DNA of 64,000 nt from Selaginella moellendorffii (Eukaryota; Plantae; Lycopodiophyta): assembly GCF_000143415.4 (NCBI RefSeq), contig NW_003314269.1, forward strand, positions 2,659,060-2,723,059, read 5' to 3'. The first letter of the stretch is position 1; every line of letters begins with the position of its first letter. Below, one piece after another: positions 12,560 through 23,006 of the stretch. A program made the translations under genes and the position numbers. The notes below the pieces were generated by a model. It saw only the letters and a program-made list of their open reading frames with translations, was not told the origin of the DNA and did no database searches.

Positions 12560-13997
12560 TTTGCTACAGCTGCTAGTGTACTACTTGTTTTGGGAATTGA
12601 GACAAGCTGCAACAACCATGGTTGGTCCTGATTGTTCCGAATGCCCACCGGCCGACCGGCTGTGAAAATGCCGAATGGCTGAGCGGTTCATAAAATTTTT
12701 TTGATAAAAAAAAAACATTTTTAGTAAAACCACATTAATAAAAGTAGGAAAACCAAAGCAAATGATCCCTCATGGCCTATAGAAGCACTCATAGGCTGAG
12801 ATTGACTAACACTTTGTGTACCAACTCCAGAAGCAGATGCCCCATCAAAATGCCTACTTTGTAGATTTGCTATAGAAAGTAAAGACAAAGGGGTATTAGT
12901 GATTTGCTCCACCAACATTCGGTGAATTTGGTTCTGAACATGAAGAGGAACATTTAAAGCATTATATGCTTCAACATCATACCTAGAAATTTTAGCAAGA
13001 TATGCCTTGATTCGTTTTGGCAGACCACCATACATTTTTCCACAATAATTACATTTCCAATGCCCAGCTCCTTTGCTGGAAGCATAAAGAGTGAGCTTGG
13101 TAACATGGGACCATGCCCAATCGGGCACCATTGCTCAATTGTGCTAGAATCGCTTGAATCGCTAGAATCATGGAATTGTAATTTCCATTTTAGGGCAAAA
13201 ATTTCAAGCATTGCGGACTAGGCGATTTGCAAGGCCTCAATGAGCTGCTCCACGCTCAATTGAAAGCAAAGGCCGACCGACTGGAGAGTGTTGCCCTATA
13301 GAGCTCGGTACGCACGCAGCTCCTATAGGCTATAGTCCTCTTCGTCAAATTCTATGTAGGCTTGCTAGGCTGGGCATTCATGGATGGATGGATCGCTCCA
13401 TAGCAACAGGAGAACAACAAAGTAGTGGAGATGCAGTGGCAATGGTGATAGCCACAGCAGCATCAGAAATCTAGCCCCTACAAGCGCGATCACCATTTTT
13501 TTCGCCGAACGGAATCACCGAACAGAGCTGTCCGACCGCATTCGGCTAACCGCGTTTGGTGGCGGTCGGGATTTTGGCCAAACGCAATTTGGACCAACCA
13601 TGGCGATGACACTGGAGCCGCTATTGTAAATGGATTTTCTTGCAATGAGATTGCATTTTCTCAAACTTTGTACTAGCGATGGAAAGATTTTGGGAGAGTC
13701 ATTAAGTTTGTAAGTACTTTTTTTTCTCTCTTCATTTTTATTTTGTTTTGTTTTGTTTCTTTGGATTCAAAGGCAGAGTTGCTTCAACAGTATGGTGGTG
13801 TGATGCCTCTAGCAGCATGTCTAAACCACTAGCAAGCAATCTACAAAGTAAGCTATTCTCCTTTCAATGGAAGTTTTGGGAGTTCTTTTATATTCTTTAG
13901 GTGGTGGCACAAGCTCTAGAGAAGGCAAAAGTGAAGGAGTTAGAACTTGCAACACTAGTTGTGACAATTGGTTTTGGCTTGAGTCTATGCTTAGATG
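12560..13997 (+). pseudogene. GCP1: TsaD/Kae1-family (GCP1/OSGEPL1, t6A threonylcarbamoyltransferase) 5' pseudogene fragment, interrupted by a hAT element
   Basis: Spliced reading across the TE: LLVLGIETSC[DD]TGAAI / SDGKILGESLSL* / AELLQQYGGVMPLAACLNH*QAIYK / VVAQALEKAKVKELELATLVVTIGFGLSLCL. Splice-site remnants are retained and in-frame stops are present. Confidence 0.85.
12617..13602 (-). mobile_element. Non-autonomous (internally deleted) hAT DNA transposon, 986 bp
   Basis: Perfect 12-bp TIR CATGGTTGGTCC (12617-12628) / GGACCAACCATG (13591-13602). Decayed 8-bp TSD GCAACAAC / GCGATGAC. CCGA-rich subterminal motifs. Remnant BED-type zinc finger in ORF 12721-13131 (WAWSHV..WKCNYCGKMYGG..RIKAYLA). 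Confidence 0.88.
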
Positions 13998-15439
13998 GTA
14001 ACGTTTGTTATGATCTTCCTTGGGCTTATTGTTGTGCCTAGTGCCAGAAGAATTATATTGGGCATCACATTGAAGAATTGTTTGGCATGTAGTTTCCTAG
14101 CCACTAGCACCAGGGGAGGGGCATTCATCGCTCACATGCTTCTCATTGTGGCAAATTTGCATAGTGTAAATATTTTACTCTCTTTACCAGATGAATTCAT
14201 GGGTGCAAAGATTAGGACATTGGGTGGTGAGTGTTAGCTAGACTCTAACAGTAGGTTCTATCTCTTGCTAATTGTGCTATCATAGTGACGGAAGTGTGGT
14301 ATCAAAAGATTTTTAGTTATCCAAGTGCTAATATACAATGTTTTTGCTAATCTAACTAGTAACAAATTGTATTTATGAGATGATAGATTATGTATGCCTT
14401 TGGTGGAATCACTAGATCAAAATCCAAAATTGGTAGAGAATTCTATTTAACAGGTTACCCAAGTGAGTGAATATTTATTTTTAAATGAATAACTTTATTT
14501 TTAATGCTTTATAAAAAAAAGAATCAATTTACCCAATCTTATTCTCTTTTATGAAGTATTATAATCTTGAATATTTTAGGTCAAAAATAACTTTTATAAT
14601 TTAATTTAACAGTATCTATAATATAATAAGAAAACTATATTCTATACAGATGGCCTATCTAAATATCAGTAAAACATATAGAACCTAACACCAAGTGATG
14701 GTGGGCTGATTTAGTTTTATGAATGTGTAGGACCATGATCAAAACTTCAAATGTTAATATAAAAAAATTAAATAACTTTAACAATAGGAGTATATATTAT
14801 ATTTTTATATGTAGCCTTAGCTATTTACAATCTAACTCATAACAAAAAAAACTAAAATAATGTATGTAGTATTTGATGAATTAGTAATATTTTAAAATAC
14901 TTTTCCTAACTGCAAATATAGTTTATTAATACATAATACTATGCAATATAAGATTTGAATTTACAGTTTCTATAACATATATATTTACAAATAATTATTT
15001 TCTTGACTAGATCTGGGAAATAATATATTAATGTTCCTAATAGCTTATTGTTTTATATTCTAAGTAAAACACATAATTAAGTAATGTCTTTCAGTAATTA
15101 TTCTCTTTTCTAGAGCTCTAGGGTTTGTGAAGAACTGGGAGAAGAGCAACCAACACAGTGTGACTTGGAAAGTTATAACCCAATTCTTTCTCCTTTTTGT
15201 AGAGAAGCTTGAGAGTGCTTTAGCCATATTTAGAGACTGGTAGTCTAAGTGTTTGTTTTCTATTGACATGTATGTGATTTCCTTGGCCTTGTCATGGAGC
15301 AAGTTGTGTAATTAGAAGCACTCCTTGCATAACCTTTGAACGCTTAGCCGAGGTTGTGGACAATGAATGTAAGCTCTTAAGTTTCTTCCTTGCTTCTTGC
15401 TTTCTTATGTGAGTTTCATTTTTTCAATGTGCTTGTTTA

Positions 15440-15634
15440 ATGGGCTCTTGTATTGGGCTGTGTTGCTACCTCTCGGTGCACTACAAAACCAAGCTCCAGA
15501 AGAAGTACAAGCTGCCTAGATCACAGAGCCAAGATTTTATCTCCCACTGCTTCTACGAGTGCTACTCACTTGCACAAGAGTTCCAGCAGCAAAAGGCCAA
15601 GAGCATCAAGTCCACCATGGTTGATCAAAGTTAG
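15440..15634 (+). pseudogene. PLAC8 / FW2.2-like (cell number regulator) C-terminal gene fragment
   Basis: CCYLSVHYKTKLQKKYKLP..DFISHCFYECYSLAQEFQQ resembles the PLAC8 pattern R.KLR.KY.L..D...HC.CE.C.L.QE. No N-terminal half was found. Confidence 0.7.
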
Positions 15635-16593
15635 GGTAAGCACAAACTCTTTTGTTATTCCAACTTCCTCTAGGTGTGAGTGGAAACTAGGTGCTAGGGT
15701 AGAGAATTGTTGGGGCATAAGCCATGGACAATAGGTAACAAAAAATGTTGCCTGAGTCTATGGCCCTTTTGCATTGCTTGTCAATTTTTTTTGGCTCCTA
15801 GAAAACTCTTATGAGGGATTGTGTGGGCAGAAGAACAATAGCTTTTGGGGTTCCCATGGAGATGTTGCTTAGGTGGCAAAACCATTGGGCCACAAATATC
15901 GTTTCCTAGCTTGGATACTATGATTAAAATTCATTTTGACTTAAACTTGCCTCAATCAGTTAATATAATTAAGATGGCACTTACTCTGTTTTAGAATTTT
16001 CTTCTTTATGTATATGTTTAGTTGATAGATAAAGTCACCTGTCACCAATTGATAAGCTATACTAATGATCGGGCAATTACAGCAATTCCATATGATGCTT
16101 AAGGTGTGGGTTAGCTTAGTCTTAATAAACAAAATTAAACACCTTCATAAATCTTATATACATAGCATATCAGGTTTTGAATTTATAGTTTATATATTAA
16201 TAACAATCATTTTTTGTATTTCTTTTCTTAGTTTTACTTAGGTCTGGGTAGTAGATTAACATTTTATTGTTCTATATTCTAAGAAAAGCACATGGCAAAG
16301 TAATTATTTACTAAATCTATATTACTTAAAATTAAATTAATTTTGAGTTTAAGGGTACATACAATTTTTTTAATTTTAGGTTATATTTGGGTCTGAGTAA
16401 TATATTAATGTTCTTAAATCTTGGTTATATATTTATTCATATTCCAAGTAAACACATAATAATTAAATAATGCTTCCCCAAATTAATGATAATTAATCTT
16501 CTTAGTTCGTCTTTACATTTCTATGAGTCTGGGTAAGTTTTCTTAATATTTTAGGATTCTAAATTTATCTATATCCCAAATAAAAACATACTT

Positions 16594-18475
16594 TGTAGGG
16601 TTTATAAATATGCATGCATATATATTTATTACCTTGGCTAGGTAATACACTAATTATAGTATTATAGCATATGGACCATCCATTGGGACTGAATCTAAAG
16701 TACAAGTTTAAACCCTAATTAATATATTTATTCCTTTATCCTAAGCAATCATATTGGTGGAGGTGAGGGGCATTGCAATTTGTCATTGAAGAGCAAAGCT
16801 TTTAGACAGTGCTTTGCTTTAGTGTTTAGCATTGTAATTTTTGGTTTTATTTCTTCATCTCTTTTAAATCTAGATTTGTATTAGCCTTTTGCAAGATCTA
16901 GAGTTTTAGCTATCATTGTGCTTATATCTACTCTTTCTTTTAATCTTCATTGCATTCTCTTTTTTTACCATACTATGCTGTCATCAATTAAGGAGTATAT
17001 CACTTAAGGTTGCCAATACTACTTTATTAGATTAAACTTTTAGTGTTGTAAAGTGTGATCATATTAGTGATGTACTTATCTTTGGTGTGTTGCCATCTTT
17101 AACTTCTATAGGACATAATTACATAGTTTGTCCTATTCTCGGTGTTTGTCATCTCTCATTAATGTGGAGCATGATTGTAACATCGATTGGAGAGCTATGG
17201 ATGATGCAATTTGATTCTTGGAGAATGTTCAAGAATCAAGTTTATGGGAAGATGATGTGTATGAGTTCAAATGAATTCTAAATCATTTTGACAAATTTAA
17301 TTATTATAGAAATAGCTTTAGAGATGTAATAGAGATTTTGCAAAGTAGGTGTCAATCCTTCAATCTACCATTTGATCTTTTCTCTTTACCTTTTGTTCTT
17401 TCCCAACCTTTTCTTATTTTTTAGTCTAAGCCACATTTTCATGTTCTTAGTATTATTTCTTCATTTGTAATGTTTTCTTCTTCTAGCATATTGATCATTT
17501 ATGACTCTAATAATTCTCATTCTTAGGCTAGTGTTGAGTTGAGTGTTTTCTATCTTCCTCATACTAATCTAAATATTAAGTGTGTGCATAAAGTTGAAAT
17601 CTTGTTTTTATTTCAATAGCAAAGTCTTTGATCAATTTTAGTGTTGAGTATTCCCCTATTCTAATGGTTGAGTCACTTTTATAAAAGTTTCAAATTGAAT
17701 GCATGTCCCCACTAGTGAGTACCACTAAGAGTATTTGTTTTACTATTGTTGTTGAGGAGTTTATATATTTCCTTGAGTGTGTAGACATTGTTATTAATTT
17801 TCCCATATCAAATGTTGAATTATGTATTAAGGGGTTGAATGGTGTGAATTTTTTACTTATATTGTGGTAGCTGAAGTATTTTATGATAGAAAGTTCTCTA
17901 TTTTCCAAACTTTGAGCACATATCCTTTTTTTAATTTCTCCATTTTTGAATTTTAAGCTACTGCAAACTTTTGATGCTTCTTTATCCACTTTTTTTTTTC
18001 CACAATTGTTTTTAATTTTTTTTAATTTTCTCCTTTTTACCTTGACACTTTAAACTTTTTTTCTTTGGAGGAGGGGATAGAGGGGATGGATGGGAGTCCA
18101 GCCCCAATGATAGAGTAAGGATGATCAAATACAGTAATGGAACAATGACGAATAACATGGATTGTGGAATGAGTCATCATTATTAGCAACTTTGTTAGTA
18201 GTTTTGTAGGAGCTTTAGATTTTTATGGTAGTTTGTAATTACCTAGCAAAAGCTTTAGATATTCCACCTAATTTATTATCATCACTTTTTCATTTTCCAA
18301 AGGGGAGGATAATGTAAGATCTGTGAATATATATATGTATATACATGTATTACCCTATAATACTATAGTATATGAATTGTTTATTTAGGACTGAATTTAG
18401 TCCATCTATTTTTATATATAAGCAGTGGTTTAAACCTCAATTAATATATTTATTCCTATATTCCAAGCATTCACA
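16594..18475 (+). mobile_element. Old non-autonomous LTR retroelement (1.88 kb) related to the gypsy element at 28.7-33.7 kb
   Basis: Diverged LTRs at 16594-16753 and 18313-18475 (TG..CA; the 5' LTR end has decayed to CATA). PBS TGGTGGAGGTGAGGGG from 16755. PPT AAGGGGAGGATAA at 18300-18312. 4-bp TSD ACTT at 16590-16593 and 18476-18479. No long ORF. Confidence 0.8.
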
Positions 18476-20229
18476 ACTTCTTATATAACTTCTAATTAAT
18501 AAAATTTATTTTTAGTAATTCTTCTTTTATTGTTTTTTTTTGGAAGTGTACTAAATATATTTATTCTTATAACTATAAAAAAAATAATCTTAGCAGTTTC
18601 AGTTTTAATTTTTTTGGGTTGAGTAATTTCTTAAAATATTAGTATTCTAAATATATTCATATAATATCTTTATCAATAATATTTACTTAGTAATTCTTAT
18701 TTTTCCCTTTAGTGTTTGAAATAGTGCATAGGTCTTGAGTTACCTGAAGACAATCACCAAAACTGTAGATGGAGTTATAAGCGAGAAAAATCATAATGCC
18801 ACATAATATGAGAACTCAAAAGCACAATCCCTATACTCTATACTATTATATACACATATAAAAATATCAAAAGAAAATATTGTATAAAATTATTGATTTT
18901 TGTACTCTTCCAACATTTGTTGCGCAATATTAAAAGGCAATTGAGGAGAGAAAAGCTTCACCTTGCCAACCTGCCAACTTTTGTTGGGCAATTTCTAGTT
19001 CATATACTTTTTACAAATTCTTGCAACACTCCCCAAGAAGCATAAGACCCATGGGTTTAAATATGCTGCAATGACAATTGTTGTGGCTATTTGTCTGCAA
19101 ATCTTATTGGCATCTATTATAATCACAGCATATGCATAATATAGGCACAAATTAAATGTCTCTCATAACTAAATTTAATCACTAGATTAAATTAAATATT
19201 ATATTTAGTTGTGCAATTTTTTTATCTAACAGGATTGTTACCTAAAATATTTCTATATCTTAAGCTCTATCGCCCTGCGCACCACCTAAGTAGCTCACCC
19301 ATCGACCATGCTGCTGGCAGCTCGTGACTCTATGCCACCTGCTCACAAAACCCTAGCATGATGTAGAAAAACATTTTGTTTAATGTAGATTGCATGGCCA
19401 TCAGTAGAAATTCTCTAAACTGGAGTTGACGCTACGGCTCCAAAAACTTCCAGGTTGTCAACATAATAAAGTCTAAGTGTGGTTCATCCTAAAGCAGCTT
19501 ATACTTGAAACTAAAATGAATGTTTCTTTCCCAGTGGTAAATCTGAATTCCAATAAAGCAAGTAAATTTCAAGTAAAATTTAGATTTTAGATTTGGAAAG
19601 CTTTTTCTATCTGTAGAACGAGGAGTGGAGGCTCTTGGGAAAACTTTTGTGAATGTTTGCATGGCCAATGAGAGGATGGCTGGGATAGAAGAAGTTTATT
19701 GTTTGCTGTAGGTGAGGGCCAAATCACAACACGTGGTCTAGCTCCCTCCTCTCTCTCGAGTGTTGCAATTTTGATTACATGCGCATCGCTGCCATCACCA
19801 GGGATCGACCTCCACACACAAAGCATACTGCCGAGGTTGTGAATGCCAACACTGTGGTGAGCATTTCTTTTTTCGCTGCTTTTTGCCCAGTTAGCAGTAG
19901 AAGGTTTCCAGTGGTTGTGTAACCACTGGGTCTTCTCTCACGCTATGATGGTGAGCCAAAGCAATCACGCCTTATCCCCGTCAGCTCCAGGAAATTAGCT
20001 TTCTGGGACAGTGTTTATGAGAAATTGGGATAGAGCTGATGATCGTACAGAGAGGATTTGCCACAAATCGCAGAGCATTTCTTTCCATAAATCCATATCC
20101 ATCCCTAATTCGCTGCATTGGATGAAAGACAAAAACTTTATGGTTCTTAGGCTAATCGTGCTTGGTATTTCCTTTTTACTTTTGGTAGTTGCAAATGTCA
20201 ATTGTGAATTGCTAGGGAAAAGACTTCAT

Positions 20230-21663
20230 ATGCTCAGATTTCCCGCCATTGGGTTTGAGCGGCATAGCGATGAAGCCAAGAACAAGGGCAACGATTTTGT
20301 GGCTTGGAATTCGCTCATCTCAAGTTTCGCTTCGATCGGCAATGCCTCGGGCGCAAAGAACGCCTTCGATGCGATGCCGGGGTGGACGATCGTGTCGTGG
20401 AATGCGCTCCTGGATGCGTATGCTAGGAAGGGGCAGCAGCTCCGCCGGATGGAATCTCTCCTCGACGCCATGCCCGAGTGGAATGTCGTCTCCTGGACAA
20501 TCATGCTCAAGGCCTTCACGAAAGAGGGCCAGATCGATTCGGCGGTGGCTGTCTTCGATTCAATGCAGGAGCGCAGCTTGATCTCCTGGACGATCTTCCT
20601 CCAGGCGTACGCCGCCAGATCAGGGCATCTAGCGCAGGCCAGGAACGTCTTTGAGAGGATGCCCCAGCACGACGCGGTTTCTTGCAATGTGATGCTCGTG
20701 GCTTTCGCTCAAGCCGCTGATCCAGCCAGCGCCAAGCGCGTCTTTGATTCCATGCGACAGTGGACCGATGTCTCGTGGATTTCACTCCTTGCGGCATTTG
20801 CCCGGAATGGCAATCTGGAAGGCGCGAAGAACACATTCGACACCAGTCCATTCCGGAATCTCCTTCTCTCGACCGCGATGCTCCAAGCGTTCGCGCAATC
20901 CGGCCACATCGATCAAGCCCAAGCTTTCTTTGAGAGCATGCCGGAGTGGGATCTAGTCGCTTGGAACACTCTCCTAACAGCATTTGCCCAGGCCGGGGAT
21001 CTTTATAGCGCATTGCCAGTCTTTCGCAAGATGCCGGTCAAGGACATTGTCTCTTGGACGTCTCTCCTCCGGGCTTGCTCCAGGGATCCAGCGGCGGCAT
21101 CGATCGTCTTCCATTCCATGCCACAGCGAGACATCGTGGCCTGGACCTCGATTCTCGAGATCTACTCGCAGGCCGGAGAGCTGGGCGCAGCTCGATCTAC
21201 GTTTGATCGGATGCCCGAGCTGGATACCATCTGCTGGACAGCAATGATCTTCGCGTGCTCGCGCTCAAGCGCTGGCGAGCAAGCACTCGAGCTCTACGCG
21301 CTGATGCAGATGGAAGGGTGGAATCCAAATGGCGTGACATGCCTCAATGTTCTTGCCGCTTGCGCGCATCTGGGCCTCGTCGATCGGTGCCAGGGATTTC
21401 TGGGATCGATGATCCTGGATCACGGGCTCTCTCCGGGGATCGAGCACATCTCCTGCGCGATCGACCTCCTGGGCCGGATGGGAAGGCTCGAGCAGGCGGA
21501 AGAGCTGCTGCGAGCAATGCCGTTCTCTCCGGACGCCGCCGCGATCCGGGCACTTCTTAGCAGCAGCCGCACGCACAGAGACGTCGATCGCGCTCGCCGT
21601 CGCGCGAGATCGTCGTGTTCTTCCCTGGCCACCATTCCTCTTCTTTCCAACGCGATGCTGTGA
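20230..21663 (+). CDS. PLS-class pentatricopeptide repeat protein with partial E domain (start uncertain; ORF open from 20011)
   Basis: Tandem ~31-aa repeats (FDAMP...VSWNAL..A.A..G) followed by HISCAIDLLGRMGRLEQAEELLRAMPFSPD. Intronless, no DYW domain. Confidence 0.88.
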   Translation: MLRFPAIGFERHSDEAKNKGNDFVAWNSLISSFASIGNASGAKNAFDAMPGWTIVSWNALLDAYARKGQQLRRMESLLDAMPEWNVVSWTIMLKAFTKEGQIDSAVAVFDSMQERSLISWTIFLQAYAARSGHLAQARNVFERMPQHDAVSCNVMLVAFAQAADPASAKRVFDSMRQWTDVSWISLLAAFARNGNLEGAKNTFDTSPFRNLLLSTAMLQAFAQSGHIDQAQAFFESMPEWDLVAWNTLLTAFAQAGDLYSALPVFRKMPVKDIVSWTSLLRACSRDPAAASIVFHSMPQRDIVAWTSILEIYSQAGELGAARSTFDRMPELDTICWTAMIFACSRSSAGEQALELYALMQMEGWNPNGVTCLNVLAACAHLGLVDRCQGFLGSMILDHGLSPGIEHISCAIDLLGRMGRLEQAEELLRAMPFSPDAAAIRALLSSSRTHRDVDRARRRARSSCSSLATIPLLSNAML

Positions 21664-21722
21664 AAGACGTGAGAAATCTATCGAGATCAAATATTAGGGC
21701 TCTGTTTTTAGGGTTTATCACA

Positions 21723-22966
21723 ATGCAGGGCGAGGAAGGGGATGCGCTGTGGGACGATATTGTCCTCGCTGAGAGGTAAATTTCCACTCCACCCTCTGCG
21801 GATTGATCTTATTTTCGTGCTCTAGATTCCTCGTTAGCGCGATGTATGCCCGTTCTTTGTCCAAGGCGTCCGAGGTTCTTGACAAGCTGCGGCTAAAATC
21901 CTCAGACACTCGACGGCTTCTCTACGCTGTTAACGATCAAGGCCTTAGAGACCTTGTTGAAGCTGCTGGAATGGTGCTTGTCCAAGCGACCAGCGAAATG
22001 GGGAGGTAACAAATAGCGCTAGTTTTAAACGGTCTAAACTTCTTTGCAGGCTTGGATCGTTATTTAGCATCTTGGAAGATCATTTCGAGAGTCTGGAGTT
22101 TATACCGCACTACTTGGTTCTTCCAGCGTGAGTCCTTCTTTTTTGTCATATTTTTTTTTCTAAACGACAGCTCTGTAGAATTTGTCTACAAGTCTCATCT
22201 CAGCTCCATTATCCTGCTCATCTAGCTCTTCAGTGCTACCTCGATGGCTGGTCCAGGGATGCCCAACAAAGTGGCTTTTACACTAAAACTGTCAAAGAGT
22301 GCACTATGCTCTTGCCGGGGGATATTTATGCCGACTTATCAGAAATCTTTTCTGTGCACCTATTACGTCTCAAGGACCCCAAGTTGGCCCTCAGCTGGAC
22401 GGAGAAACTCAACCTGCCGAAAAGGAGAAGGCAAGTAAGTGGTCGTCCTTTCAGAAATATTCATTGCATTTTTCACGAGTTGTTTGTTTGATAGGAACTG
22501 TTGGAAAAGCTTCTTGATCGTACCGTCCCTACGCCAATGAAAAAAAAAGAATTAGAAGAAGAAGAACAGGGAGCCGGCTTTCTTGGTGACAAAGAATCTG
22601 CACCTACAAAGAAAACGAGAGCTCTCCAATCGACATCGCTACGTATAAGCTTTGCTTACTGGGTAAAGCTCCTGGTTGAAGTGCTTCGCATATTTTGGAT
22701 CCAAGCATTGGCTCGAATATCATTCCAGTTCTCTGCAATAGGAAAGAGCCTTGCAACGATTATTATGGTGTATGCGTTGATCAAGAAACGCCACCTTATC
22801 CGGAGGTTTGAGCTTATGGTTATCTACTCTAGATTCAAGTGCTTGATTTTGTAGGGCCATGAGCAACGTGTTGCGAGGCGCTCTCACTGGACTAAAAGAC
22901 TTTTGGGACCTTGCTTTCGGATTGCAAATAAATCCACTGGCTGCGGTGTCAAACGCTGGACATTGA
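21723..22966 (+). CDS. APEM9: Peroxisomal tail-anchored APEM9/PEX26-like protein, multi-exon
   Basis: LWDDIVLAERFLVSAMY..LVEAAGMVLVQ, a C-terminal TM segment, then DFWDLAFGLQINPLAAV. These are hallmark motifs of plant APEM9/DAYU. Confidence 0.82.
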
Positions 22967-23006
22967 CGTGATATGGACCTACACACATTAGTTTGGTAGC
23001 TACTTG

